DNA from: Azolla caroliniana | Lineage: Eukaryota; Plantae; Polypodiophyta | DNA: 64,000 nt | NCBI GenBank assembly: GCA_043228905.1 | Contig: JBHGNT010000021.1 | Span: 9,858,001 to 9,922,000 of the forward strand | Reading direction: 5' to 3' | Made by a program: the position numbers and the translations under genes | The notes under the pieces: model-generated | Databases searched by the model: none | What the model was told of the DNA's origin: nothing | Seen by the model: the letters and a program-made list of their open reading frames with translations, nothing else | In this document: positions 11,001 through 24,467 of the stretch, one piece after another | Layout of the letters: every line of letters begins with the position of its first letter | Numbering within the stretch: the stretch's first letter is position 1

Positions 11001-11165
11001 CGCTTCATCTTTGTCTCCTTGATCTTGATTTCTGTCTTCATGCCCTCATGTCGCTCACAACATCTAGAGTTCCTAGCCTCGTCACATCTAGCTCAAAGTT
11101 CATCCATCGCTCATAGCCCCATCATCTGTGCTCCGTCCTAGTCCGCGCTTGGTGTGTTCGTGACA
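8081..11165 (+). mobile_element. Solo LTR (~470 bp net) split by a nested copia element
   Basis: Termini TGTCAC...GTGACA, with a perfect 5-bp TSD GGGCC at 8076-8080 and 11166-11170. TATAAATA at 8307-8314. Confidence 0.85.
8316..10924 (-). mobile_element. Internally deleted Ty1/copia element (family A)
   Basis: 3' LTR 8316-8719 and partial 5' LTR ~10689-10924 (TGTTGAGCGG... start). TSD AATAT/AATAC. PPT at 8720-8731. gag with a CWYCGKKGHRESEC knuckle and protease WYVDSGASNHM are fused directly to the RNase H end; IN, RT and PBS are missing. Confidence 0.92.
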
Positions 11166-11775
11166 GGGCCATGCCTCATATAGAGCTCCCTGGCTTCGAT
11201 TAACTCTAAACTAGAGGGATTCTTCTATAGTCCAAGGACAATTGAGGGATGTCGTATGGGGGAGCATTCCACTCCATTTCAAAATGAAGGCTACTTGTGC
11301 CCTGGATGTTGAGTTTGTTTCACCTTGAATATGTTCATATGACCCGCGAAAGAAAGCGATGAGATGATCCCAAAGTTCCATGATTACCTCGCTCCAAAAA
11401 TTATCAACATTTTTAGTAGGTATACATAAGAATAAATAGCTCCTTCATGGTACTTTAACCACACAAGGAGCTTACTTCTATTTTCTTATCATTCTTCAAT
11501 GTTCTAGAAAGAAATATTTATTCAAGTGTACAAAGTCCTAATCACGTTTGCCATTGAGCAAAGATTAAACCTAAATTAGCATGACTTGATGAAATACTTT
11601 ATTCCAATACAATGACATAATAAAAGTATAAAGTGAAGCCTTGATGTAAGTCATAATTTGAAGTGATTAGCTACATTCTTGTTGTCAAGATGATAATTTA
11701 ACAATCACCTTTAATAACTTCAGTTCTAGGAAATTTCAACCAACCAATGGTTGTGCAATTAATCATGTCCAAGGA

Positions 11776-11935
11776 ATGAAGTTACTTATACTCAATAGCT
11801 TTGCTAAACTATGCTAGAAAAATGTGCAATATGAAGTTATTGATACTCAATAGCTTTGCTAAACTATACTAGAAAAATGTGTGATATGAAATTACTCACC
11901 TCAATAGATTTGCTAAACTATATTAGAAAAATGGG
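11776..11935. repeat. 55-bp tandem repeat, 3 copies
   Basis: ATGAAGTTA..ATACTCAATAGCTTTGCTAAACTATACTAGAAAAATGTG starts at 11776, 11831 and 11886. Confidence 0.9.
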
Positions 11936-11952
11936 TCACCAAACTAATCAAA

Positions 11953-11955
<3 letters not shown>

Positions 11956-12027
<72 letters not shown>
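11956..12027. repeat. Compound microsatellite (GT)n(GA)n
   Basis: Directly visible. Confidence 0.95.
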
Positions 12028-12033
<6 letters not shown>

Positions 12034-13399
12034 TGGCATAAATTATAGTTGAAGATCATATAGTGATAATTACACTTGAACATTAAAATAGAGCTTGTAA
12101 ACAATTAAATAAAATAATAAGCTTTAATTTGGGAATTTGCTAAGAAATATTAATAATGTTTATTCGCATGGCATGGATATATGTGCTACACACAAGGCAT
12201 TACGTGTTTTTTAATGTGTGAACCAACACACCAACCTTTCTAGATAAAGTGAAGATCCTTTTTAGTTCCATTTGTATAGAGATCTTAAATCTTTCTTTAA
12301 AATGTCTACAATGTACATACTTTTTCATGTCCATTCAAGGAAGATGAATTGTGATTGATGACTGTAATGGTCATAATTAAAAAGTCAATTACACATTGAA
12401 AAAAGTTTGCGTATATCAAGTTCATATCCTTTTACTTGTTGTAAGGTTATGCAGTAACCATGGATATCCATATCATTTTGTGACTGTGGACATAGGTTTG
12501 AATTCCCTTACCATCATGTTCTATGTTATGTTCCTTGACATGAACATCACATGTACACATAATTCATTACTTGTTTAATACTAATAGTGATGGTTGTGTG
12601 GGCATGAAGTGGCCTACATATGCATTTAATTTGTGTGGTGCCCTTTTCCCCCTAAAAGATGTCACACCCTGAAGACACATGTAAAGGGGTACTTTCCATT
12701 CAAACATTAACCATGAAATTCAAGCAATTATCATGCATGTCCATAAAATAATAAGGCAATAATGGTGGATCTTGATTGAAATCCATATCCTCTGGAATAA
12801 TAGGATTCATCAAATGTCATAAAATACAAAGGAGACTAACTCTTTCACTAACATTTACATCCTCTTCAAGGTTACCAATCGACATCTTTAAAACCATGTG
12901 GATATAAGCAAAAGCTTAAAATGTACATATTGTTTTGCATTGAGGGTGAGAGAAATTGCATTGAGAGTAAGATCATCTAATGCCATATATGGGTTTTTAT
13001 TTTTATTTTTATTTTGGGGGGGGGGGGGGGGGGGGTTGTGAGCTTCACATCATTAGGTAGTCGGTATCAATAATGAGACCGGTCGATAATGACTATACAC
13101 TAATTAAAATACGATCTATTCTGACACTTGATGAAATTGAATAACCAAAATGTTTTAGAGTCAGAAGTTGAGGCGAGAGAAAACACGACTACTAAATGTA
13201 GTATGGTGTACAACCCAAATCTTTGGGAAAGCAAAGATTCTTTGCTCTTCTTAAGCTCATTGGAATACAATTCCAAACTTGTTTTTTCTTTTATTAAATG
13301 CTTTGAATGTTCTCACACATCATGATGCATGTTGAGCTTTCCCAATCTTACAGTAGTATTCCTCAGAGAGAATTACATGACCAAAATTGCAACATTTGA

Positions 13400-14521
13400 T
13401 CATTGTGCCGAATGTATTCTTGTGTCATGTGAAAGATTGTTTCTTCTCAAAGGGCTAAGGTAAGAGGTAGTAGAGCTTGGAACACTAGTGCTACTAGTAG
13501 TAGTACTACTACTAGTGGAAGTAGTAGTAATAGTGGCACCACTAGAACTTTTAGAATTGAAGATGTGGGTAGGGGTAAGAGAACCTGGATGGGGATGAAG
13601 ATGAGGATGATCATGAAACCCACGATGGTGATGGTGATGTCGTCGGTGGTTGCGAGTCGTTGTGGGCGTCTCGTTGTCGACAGACGCATCAACCTTACGA
13701 TTGTTGTTGTTCTTTAGGCCCCACAAAGGGGATAGGGTCCTACTCCAAGCTCTCCGACCCCAGCTACGTGACCGAGGGAAATTCCGGATTTCGGCATCAG
13801 TGCTAGCATTGTATTCCTCGTAATCATTGGGAATGTTAAAGTGTGGGTGAAGGAGGTGGTGAGGTTGGACATTGGGTCCTTTGGGGTCTCTAGGTTGTTG
13901 CAAGATAGTGTTGTTGTTCATTGGGGAGGAGGCAACTTGTTTCAAGTCAAAAGTAATGCTATTGGAACCTCTAGTGACATGGACAGACTTACACCTTTGT
14001 AGACCATGAGGTGGCATCCCCTGTAGTAGCTCATGGCCATCATTGGTGACATTCCTACTTATACAAATGTCCTCTGACCTTGCTGGGGATGCATCCCCTC
14101 CTAGTCTCATGTTGCTATTGTTGCTGCCCCTTGCTTCCATGATACCATTTACATGGTCCTCACTCATCTTCTTTGGTACCTTGTTATATGCCACATTGGG
14201 AATGTAGCCCACACCTTGTTTGGCTTGTACCAATTCATCCCACTTATTATTAGGAGCTGGGCTCATCATCCCTTCAATCACAACATTCTCCATATTGGCT
14301 AGGAATGATGGCGATTCATGGTGGTGGTGGTGGTCGGGAGTTACTCTCGATCCGTCACTTCTATCGATTTCCTCGCCTCGCACCTTGTTAATGTTGATGT
14401 TAATGTTAACGTTAACGTCGGCCCCACCCGCGCCATTCGTGTGCCGGTTAGAGCTAGATCTAGAGCTCTTTCGTCGGTTAAACAGAGATAACAGCCATGA
14501 AGAGGAATTACTGCTGTTGCC

Positions 14522-14555
<34 letters not shown>

Positions 14556-15157
14556 TGATGATGTGTAAGTGGATTAGCAACGCTAATGTTGAGGTGGTTG
14601 GTTTCTGATATGGATTCTAGATCTGCCTTGTGATGATGATTTACCCTTTTGCTACCAATTATTGCTTGCTCTGGCTGTTGTTGTTGAGCCTTTGTGTTAG
14701 AGGTAGAGTATAAGATCCATGAATGATGTGGAGGAGGAGGAGGAGGAGGGGCAGGAGACTTCATAACCTTCACTAATTGCTCAGAGTCCCTATCACTGTG
14801 AATGGGCTTCTTCAGGAGCTTAGGCTTAGTGGGCACATGGCTAATGGAAGAGAACCATGAATTAGAGCTTTTCTTGTTGACATGATTCACAAGGGCATGG
14901 GAAGGTGTAGCTGTTAAATAATTGCCCACATGAGGAGTATTGTGAGTAGCTGAAGAAGAGGTCTCTATGTTTAGCTCAGATTCGGACGCGAAGCTCCCTC
15001 GGGAGCTCGGCGCCCTCATCATCGCCATCATCATCGTAGCGGCCGCGCCCGTGGTGCTGGTGCTGGTGCTGGTCTTCTTTCTCTGGCACTTCTCTGCTAC
15101 ATCTCTGCTAGATAATGTGGCATTACTTACATTGTGGTGGACTGAATTATAATGACT

Positions 15158-15190
<33 letters not shown>

Positions 15191-15535
15191 GAGGGGGTCC
15201 TTTTTGGCACGGGGTGTGAGCTTAAGATGGGGCAGGGAAGCCAACATGTCATGGAAGCCATGGCCAGAATGTGGAGGAGGATCCCCTTCCTTCTCTTCTT
15301 CTTCTTCTTCTTCTTCTTCTTCTTCTTCTTCATGTTCTTCATGTTCTTCTGCTAATGGAAGATTGGGCACCAATGGTGGATCAGGTGGAGGTGGAGGTGG
15401 AGGTGGAGGAGGTAAGGAGTCGATGGAGTCGATGAGGGAGGCGAGCCTCTCCCTCACACAGCTCCCGCACACACCCACAGACATGTGGTGCGGGTGCTTG
15501 CTACAGAATTGGTTGAATCCATGGAAATTGTTCAT
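13400..15535 (-). CDS. DUF740 / OCTOPUS-like family protein, single exon, 711 aa, with many homopolymer tracts
   Basis: The N-terminal CSKHP....GVCGSCVRERLASL matches the DUF740 signature CxxHP...G.CxxCLxERL. Later motifs are SWFSSI, SWLLSLF, LQRCKS and RSRSWG..WS..LSPLWG. The ORF is long and uninterrupted in non-TE context, with a CT-rich leader on the - strand. Confidence 0.8.
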
Positions 15536-15578
15536 TCTCTGAGTGAGGATCCAAGTTGTGCAGGCAAGCAGGACCTAG

Positions 15579-15687
15579 CTACAATTTCATCATCATCATC
15601 ATCATCATAATAATAATAATAAGGGAATCCAATTTGTGGAGGCAGGACCTAGCTACATTTCCATCATCATCGATTCATCATCATCAT
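15579..15687 (-). promoter_or_regulatory. Three micro-uORFs built from (ATG)n repeats in the putative 5' leader
   Basis: MMMMNR* at 15687-15667, MMMEM* at 15670-15653 and MMMMMMMKL* at 15608-15579. The last stop is 43 nt before the main ATG. Confidence 0.55.
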
Positions 15688-18452
15688 AAAAGGGGGGTTC
15701 CCTTCCTTTTGATCTTCTCTGAGTGTGAAACAGGGGAGGAGAGAGAAAGAGTAGGGGGGGGGGGGGGGGCTAGTTGGAACAGGGGAAGAGAGAGAAAGAC
15801 AGAGAGAGAGTGAGTGAGTGACTGTTTGTGTGAAATGTATACTAATATCAATATGTATCATACCTACTAGAGATTGTGTGAAGGAGGCAAGGAGGGTGGT
15901 TTCACACTTGATATATCTATCTCTATCTATCACAAACTATACATACAACTTGTGAGCATTTGGTGCCTCTTTTTTTTTTAACCTCTTTTATTGCTTCTCC
16001 TCCACACTATGTATGTACATATGTTATCTACCCGAGCCATGAGGCGTTCGCCCTTTCCACCTTCTTTAATACATATATACTCGCGTACATTATTATCTCT
16101 CACTTGTCCGCATTCCGCATTATATATATAGCTTGCCATTTGTTTGTTTTGCAACATGGGGACATATTCCTAGACCCTAAACTTCGGCTTCAGAGTTCAC
16201 CCCTTTCCTCTCTTCCTTCTTTGATCACTACTGAGTGCACGATCTCGTCGATGGCGTTTGATGTTCACTCTATCGTGTATAGCTTGCAAAAATGGGCATA
16301 CACGATCAACTGTTCGATGCTTGCCATTCACACTAGCCTGATTTTCGCAAATGCACGAATTGTGTGTATAGTCTGCATTTTGTAACGAATTATTTTTTAG
16401 TGTCGGAGAGTGTTTAAATTGGGAATTCTCCGAGTCTCCAAACAAAAGTTTCAAATCCTCTTTTTCTAAGAGACAATACATTCGCATAATCATGTGTAAT
16501 ATATATATATATATATATATGGAGACAAGCCTTCCTACTTTCTTGACATGACCTCAGAATTGTAAGGTTCTATCATTATAGTTTACGAGCCTACTATTTA
16601 CTGTACTCCTCGTTAATTGACAAAATATGAATTAGTTAGTGACCCATGTAACCTACAAGGATGCAACGCAACCAAGGATGGGAGAAATTTCCACACGTCA
16701 AGCTAAGTTTGGCTAAAGACGAAGCCGTGAACTCAATAATGGCACAAATTGAATAGAAAACCCATGAATTTATTTATTGACAAATCACTTGCAATGTAAG
16801 AATCTATTTTAATTGACATCATTATGTCCATAAATTTGAACCAATCCATATCCCCAAGGCTCTATCCAATTAATTACATGTTCTTACCATGGAGGTTCCA
16901 ACTTTGGTTTCTCCGTACTATTTGATCATACAATTACTAGGCTTCACTATTTGAATTAAAATATTTGATGGAGCTTCTTCTCACCATAGTGAATAGACCA
17001 AAGTTACCGAGAGAATGTGTTGGCCTTGAATGTATTTTGTAGGTCCTGCATCACAATTCACACTTCTCATGATTAATATGCCAAAGATCTTTAATGTCTA
17101 GACATTCAAAATGTACCTACACATGGAAAAATTTATTTGGGCAATACGTTTCTCATGCATGCACTCTCTACACATTTCTCTTTGTCTTCTCCTTGGCCAA
17201 CTCTTGTCCTCTCCCACTGATTGAGGTCTTGTATGCTCCAGAAATATAATGCATGTATCTATTTATAGTTGTGTTTTGTACATCTAAAAGGCTTTAATAA
17301 ATGATCCTTCACATTCCAAAGATCAAACTTGAAAAGATGAAATAGTAACAATCAAATAAAACCATGTTTATGATGTGTATGAAAGACACAAATCTAGGCT
17401 ATTCCTTGAACCTAGAGTCTAGGTCCTAGGGTGGGTTTTTTCCCCTACTTGTTTTCTGTATTGGCTAACATCGAGGACGTCTAGATGATCTAAAATACGG
17501 CATAACATCAACTAGGCTGTGTGTGGAATGTTGGAGGCCTAGTTTACTAACAAGTTTGGTTGCACAGTAGAGTCAGTACAAATCAATCAATTTGGAACAT
17601 ACCTTTGTATATTTTGATATTTTAGAGACATGTGATGATACTTAATTGGAGGAGATTGGAACTACCCATTAGTAGTTTTGAAAACAAAGAACATCCCAAT
17701 ATATTCTAGAAATTTTGAGGTGGCCTTCTAGGACAACCAACTATCAATATGCATTGATTTACTATCTCAATGTTGTTCATTTGTGTGCCTTTGGCTATGT
17801 AGCACACATGATCAATGGTTGATTATGGAACATGCCTACCCAAATGGATTTCATCCAAACATACAATGAACATGTCAATGAGTAGGTATAAAAGTATGCA
17901 CTTAGTGAAACACGATCAACGCCAATATCTCGACAGTGACAACAATTGAGAATAAATATACTTAGATGATCGCCAATGCATTGGGCACATAATGAACTTG
18001 TTTAGTGATGATTTAAAGTTCTAGTCGTATTAAAAAATTACATTCCCAAGAGATTTAAAGGTTAAACCAATAGTTCTAGTGATATGTTCAAAGTCAGGTC
18101 AATAAATGGATATCTCTAGTGATTTACACACTGGTGTCTCCATACCATGATCTACTTTTGTCCAAAAGGCGTAAATGTATCTTCTTGTCCTTGCATTACT
18201 TTTCAAAGGTAAAGGGCACCAACTATTCATTATGGTCATCCGAGTCAATACCTTTTTGTATCACATCTCATTTGCTCAATAAAGTTACAAAATTGCATCC
18301 ATTTTCGAGATTTGACAATTGAATCAATCAACAACAGAGGAAACAATTGTGACAATGGATTGCATTAATTACAGATGTTCATTTTGAAAATCCCATATGA
18401 GATAGATAAGATGTATAACTATATTTATAATATTATTACCAGCAATTAAACT

Positions 18453-19022
18453 AGGGAAAATATCATAAATACCATCCTTCTATATGGAGTGATGCCCATT
18501 TTACTCTCATTATTCTCCGTAATATCAAAACTACCCCTTGTTAAACCACAAGAAGAGTAATCGAGTAATGGATACTCTCTCGTCACTTAGTAAAAAGGGA
18601 AAAAAGTAAAGGTGAATGGTGGAACTCCAAGCAAAAGCAAGAAAGAATGCATATGATTAAGTTTGCATCCGTTCTCATTAGTTTGATACTATCAAGTTGC
18701 ATGGTGATGTGACTTAACATTTTTTACTTAGGTTGCATTGTAATCTAATTACATGGGCCTAAGTAAGTTCCATGATAATCTGATTAGCTAGCTCCAATTA
18801 TAGTTAGCTTACATTGTGATTAAGTTACTCTAGAATTTGGTTCCTTAAAATATGCTAATAAAGTTGCCTTAACTTTACTTTTTACATTTTTGGTTGAAGA
18901 GAAAGCTCTCTATGCCTTTCAATAGTTTGACTAGGGGGTTGTTTTGATATTATCGAAAATTGCGTTTATAATTGATATTAGAACCGCATATAATATACAA
19001 GGAGGTATTCATGTTATTTTTA
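18453..19022. mobile_element. Old Mutator-like MITE
   Basis: Degenerate TIRs of ~85 bp (AAAATATCATAAATACCATCCTT..TAATATCAAAACTACCCC versus the reverse complement of the right end). 9-bp TSD-like AATTAAACT/GATTAAACT. Confidence 0.6.
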
Positions 19023-22000
19023 GATTAAACTTTTATATCCCATAGGTAAACAACAAACAACAATCATACAAATATAGGTTCTTGTGATTAATATTGGATT
19101 AGTCAAAAATTGGACAAATGGTATAAAATAACTCAAAACACCCCTATTTATGAACTCTTCAAGGTCTATGAAACTAGTTTGTCGTTTTGGTGTAGCATCA
19201 ACACATGTAATTAGATGTAGATATGCACTCAATGCATTGTATATACTATAGACATATGCTTTACCGCGTGAAAGATGCCTCAACTTACCACTCCTTTTTA
19301 ATAAACATAGAAGTTATAAGTAGATAGTTATTCATTTTATGGAAGTATTTGGTTCAAGCCCTTGGATAAGATTGCCCAATAAGGTCAAGGTTTCTCGTCC
19401 ATAACTTGGTGATGGGAAAAACTTATTATGATTGTTGTGTAATCATTGCGCTTCGTAGATTTTTTATCGTTTTTCATATAATGTCATGACTTATCATATT
19501 TCCTATTTTTGTGCAATGTAGTGTGTGAAATGGTGGTAGGTGTTTGCTTTACTATTGGAGAATGAAAATGGTAACGTTTCTAGTCTAATGATTAACAAGG
19601 GTTGCAAGGAATTGAGCATCAATATTTAGAGAAAGCAATACAAGCATGGGTGTAGTGCATAGTATAGTTTAAGAGTCCTCGTACCATCATTGCTCTAGGT
19701 GACTCATGACGTACATTTTTCCTTCATTCTACATGCACATAGTTCAATTGATAAAGGACGATTGTGGTTTTTCTTATCTAGGGAGAAGATGGGTGATTTG
19801 GAACAATTTCAAGCATTCCACTACCACCATTTTGCGTGTTTATTTGTATAATGAACACAACAAGAAAGAAGAGCCTACAAGCATGGACATGCTCTAGCCA
19901 TAAATCATTTGCTACATTATTCATGTTTGTAATATGCACATATAGGACAATTTTGTCAATTTTCCAATCACTTCATTTACATGTACCAATTCAAACCATG
20001 AGTACTTTGGAACTAAGAACATTGAGATAGAATGCATGCATCATAGAAAAAGCAAAGTTGTTATTGATCTCCGTAAGTCACTTGAAAAAGAACAATTCAC
20101 ACGTCATTGCTTGAAAGAGAAAGACGAGTTAGTGATGCTCATCAATAAATATAAGGACATTTCAATACATCAAGAGTGGGATGAATCCACCTTCTAAAGA
20201 TGGGAACTGATGTCAAGATGTCCACTTTATATAGTACATTTACAAGCAAGAGCAAAGGTTTTCAACTCAATGCAATGAAAACATTGTTGGGTCTTTAGAA
20301 GTAAATTTAAATGCCCAAAAAATGCCTATTACTATTGAAATGTTTATACACAGTGGGTTTTTTACTTTTTACCTTTCATGCCCATGGGCTTCTACATGAG
20401 TTTCTTTAGCTTCCATATCCATTCAACTTCAAACATCTTTAAGAGCTTGTAGTATTTCATGCTTCTATACTTACTATTTGTACAAAACCAATAAATTTTC
20501 TTTTTTTTTGGTTCGAGTGAAGTAGGAAAAGTGATGGAAAACAAAAACCAAAAACAAACCTCCCAAAGTTCAAGATTGTCGAATGAGTTTTCAAGGGAGT
20601 TTGTTTCTTACATATATACATATATGTATATAAAGCATACATGACACTACATGCGACAACACAATGCAAAAGTATTTGCATTTATACATCATAAAACAAA
20701 TTGGTTATGAGATCTTCATCAATTTGATCTAATAAACATTTGTTTATAGATTTATTTGCCTACATTCTCAAAGTTTGTAAACATGTTCATATTTAAATGG
20801 TTAAGTTTGTACTTTATAACCTTTAGGTTATGTATCAAAGTCTTGGATAATGAGTTTCATGATAAAAAAATCTTCATGTTTGTGGTTTGAGGTAATGCAC
20901 ACTAATATTTTGGTGCTAGAAATACATATGGCATTGTAGATTTCTTTCTATGTCAATGCAAAGGTAGAAAACAAGATATAACATGCTAAAGTGCAATGTC
21001 CCAACAATTCTTTTGCTATAAACTTTGAGATGGGAGAGGACAATTTTTAGGCATGGAGAGAATTGTTAACAATTTCATGTGTTTTTCAAAACTCTCTTCT
21101 TATCGGGATGCAAACATGTGTAGTATTGACGTAATCTTCACCGTTAATGAACAGGAAATGGGATTGTTTCTTAGGTGGGTGTGCCAATGGAGCATGGTCG
21201 AATCTAATGAATTGGCTTCAATGGATCTTGAATGGATGAGTCATACATTGGTTGTGCATGGGCCATGGTGGGGTCCATAGATGGGACATACACCTCACAA
21301 AACCACAAATGATAGATTTCCATAACTCACCAAAATGGGTTCCAAAGCTTACCACCAACTTGGTCACCAAATAAATATCCATCAATACGCTTATTTGGAT
21401 GTGTTCTTCCAAAAAGATGGGGAAGTAATGATTTTTTTTTTCCAAAACAAAAAACCCCTTCCATTAGTTATAAAATTTTACAGCTGTGAATGTTATATAC
21501 AAACCACAGAAGGCGCTCGATAGTTTCATCTTATGTGGAGGCCCATTGATTCAAGAAAAGGAGAGGACGACCATTGCTGGAAACTAATGATTTAGATCAC
21601 CATAGATAAGGTTTTGTTTAATCTAGGCATAATATAACTTTATGCTCGGTAAAGGTTGTTATTCTCTTCACATTGAAGTTTCGTCGTTAAGGCTTACAAC
21701 TTGAGAATAATAAACCTAAATGGAAATTATAATAAGATCAAATTCACATCTCTCATACTCATGTACATGAATAATCTTTAGTACGACAAATATAAGCATA
21801 ATTCATGGATAACAATCAACATAACTCATAAGAATACGTGATAACAAATGTGCATATGATGATGGCTAAGTCATCTAGCAACGTGTAATATTATTATTCA
21901 TCACCTCATAATGCATATGAAATTGACATGTCACTATCTTTCAATAAACTATTATCATTGTTGAACATGTTAATTTATGTAGATGTCAGTATAGATGCCA

Positions 22001-22234
22001 GAAGATGTCATACACACCGACGAAAAATGCAATGAAACTATGTAATTCTTTTTGTCACCATTTGATGTTTGTTATGTTAATTATTTGATGCTAAAAAGTG
22101 TTATGAGGATGTTGAATATTCAATGCCAAATTTATTTTATTGCAAAACCAATACCATGCTTGCACAATGATGCACCACCACTTATTTATAATATAGCCAT
22201 ATGTTCTCATCTATGTCCCCCTTTATCTCTTCAT

Positions 22235-22236
<2 letters not shown>

Positions 22237-22268
<32 letters not shown>

Positions 22269-22326
22269 CTCTCTCTCTCTCTCTCGCTTTCCCTTCGTCT
22301 TTCTCTCCTTTGTGTGTGTGTGTGTG
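22237..22326. repeat. Microsatellite cluster (AC)n(TC)n...(TG)n
   Basis: Directly visible. Confidence 0.9.
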
Positions 22327-22949
22327 GGTATCCACATGTACGATTTTCGTTTCTCATTCTTCATAAGCTAACACGTGTACATCTTCTGTATTACCCCCTA
22401 ATATTGATCTTTCTTTCTCTCTCTCTCTCTCTCTCTCTATCTCTACACACATACACATATAGATGTATGTGCCTATACTTAATCCCTCTTTTTGTTTTCT
22501 TCTTAAAAGTAGTGTATATGTTAAAATAACATGACAATATAAGAAACATTGTTATCCCTACTACAAAAATGAGGATCTTATGGCATAGTAAACCGTTTAA
22601 GGTGTCGTAAGATTAGTTGATAGAATGTAACTCCATTTTTTGTCTCATTCTTGATTGGGTAACATATATATACCTCTTCCACACACACACACACACACAA
22701 ATAGAACGAATCCTCTCGTTTAGTACGTATCTTTGCATGGATGCCTAGCCACAACAAAATGTATATGACAATACACTTTCACATCACCACTTATCCACTT
22801 TCAACTAGAAGCCCCTTCGTTGGAGATGATTACAACTCACTGAGTTTTTATTGCTTGACTACTTCAACTAGAATGCCAAGCCTTTGTACAACTTACCATT
22901 TTTTTGCAAGTTTGTCCCTTTGCATATGCCACATCAAGAAATCAATTTT

Positions 22950-23330
22950 TGAATTGGAAGAAGTAAACTTTAGCATGGAGAATGATCCAAAACCGAAGAC
23001 AGTCTCCAAAAGGCCTCAACATGCCGCTCTTCAGGCACTTCTAAATCTTATTAGCAATGATTGTGATGTCTTCGCCTAATCCTATAGGCACATGAAGGGT
23101 TTAATGGATCCTAGATTCTACGAACATATAATCCACCTAAATAATGAGTTCACCCATGTTCAACAATCATGATGTAGAATGATCCTCAATTATGCCACCC
23201 TCGTCAAAGAAGAAATCAACAAAGTTCTACAATAGACATCTCTTGGTTGTCAAGAAGGTCACATGAATGAGCTCAATATTTATCATTCATGACTCTACGT
23301 CAACTATCATAAGCTCCATGCACCCACCAC
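22950..23330 (+). pseudogene. Highly decayed Ty3/gypsy RT N-terminal relic
   Basis: LEEVNF...DVFA*SY..MKG.DPRFYEH...NYATLVKEEINK aligns by eye with the RT start at ~49675-49950. Confidence 0.7.
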
Positions 23331-23374
23331 TTCTTGGATGGCTTCTATGAATGATTCCTTTATCTTGCAATTGT

Positions 23375-24467
23375 TCAAAAATAATACAACACCTCCTCGA
23401 CATATCCATGGTCTATATAGCCTCTTATGAATGCATTGCACGAGACAATATCTGAAACCATAATTGTGCTAAATGTTTTTTGTGTAGTTGCCAAGCAACC
23501 ACATTTAACATACATATCAATGAAGGTGCTTCCTATAAGATGGTCTTTTTCAAACCCTTTCATCACAACCTCCATATGTACTTCTTGGCCATAATTTATG
23601 GATATTTTAGTGCCACATGATCTCAAGTAGCAAATATAATTAATGATTGATGGAGAGATACGAACATGTTGCATTTTTTTATATTTATAACAATCCAATA
23701 CCGTATCACAATTGTGAAATTCAGTATAGCCAAGCGACTATAGATCGATCTGAAACATGGTAAAAAACTACTTGAGCAATATCAAGTAATCCAAATTTTG
23801 CATTCATTACAATTAGCATATTACTGATTACAAGATCATGTTCCAAACCATGTTTACAAATAGTGTTGTGCACATCTTGTCCTTTTTCTACTGCTAGAAT
23901 ACATCTAGATGTTTTCAAGACACAAACAAATGCCACGACCTTCAAAGATATACCTTTTGAATGCATGCGTGAGTGCCATTATTATAAGAGCATCCTCCCC
24001 ACTCCCATTTTCAGCATATCTTGGAATCACTATTGTCCAAGAGACTATATTATGTAATGGTAGTCTTTTGAACACATTGAGTGCCTCTGCGAGAAAGCCA
24101 CATTTCATATACATATTCAGCAAGGAAGTTCCAACAATCACGTTACTTTCAAGCAACCCTTTCTTTGTTATCACCACATCCTTTTTTTGGCCTTTGCTAA
24201 CAACCAATGTATGTCCACATACTTTCAAGATGCAAAACAAAGCTAAAGGATTGAGAAAGCACCCATTTTCAACATATCCTAAAATTAGTGTTGTCCAAGA
24301 GACTATATTCTGTAATGGAAGTGTTTTGAACACATTGAGTGCCTTTGCGAGGAAGCCACATTTCATATACATATTCAGCAAGGCAATTCCAACAATCACA
24401 TTACTTTCAAATAACCTTTTGTTTGTTATCACCACATCCATTTCTTGGCCTTTGCTAACAACCAATG
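23375..24467 (-). pseudogene. PLS-class pentatricopeptide repeat (PPR) pseudogene fragment
   Basis: Repeated motifs VGxxLLNMYMKCGxLAEAxxVF..LP..NIVSWT and F.C.LK.CG...KGQ..H. Frameshifts and stops occur between the pieces. There is an internal duplication at a 258-bp offset (24004 versus 24262). The 5' end is cut by an LTR. Confidence 0.88.

Noticed and set aside
13016-13035. Poly-G run as a functional G-quadruplex
   Set aside because: It is a simple homopolymer with no supporting context, and its length is unreliable in assemblies.
14220-15813. Overlapping ORFs with poly-M, poly-I, poly-K and poly-F
   Set aside because: These are alternative-frame and antisense shadows of trinucleotide repeats in the DUF740 gene.
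16020-16520. Possible Helitron or small insertion upstream of the gene, including ORF 15960-16385
   Set aside because: No convincing termini, hairpin or TSD, and the ORF has no recognisable features.
21040-21560. Possible decayed coding fragment
   Set aside because: The composition is slightly coding-like, but I could not assign any motif in any frame.
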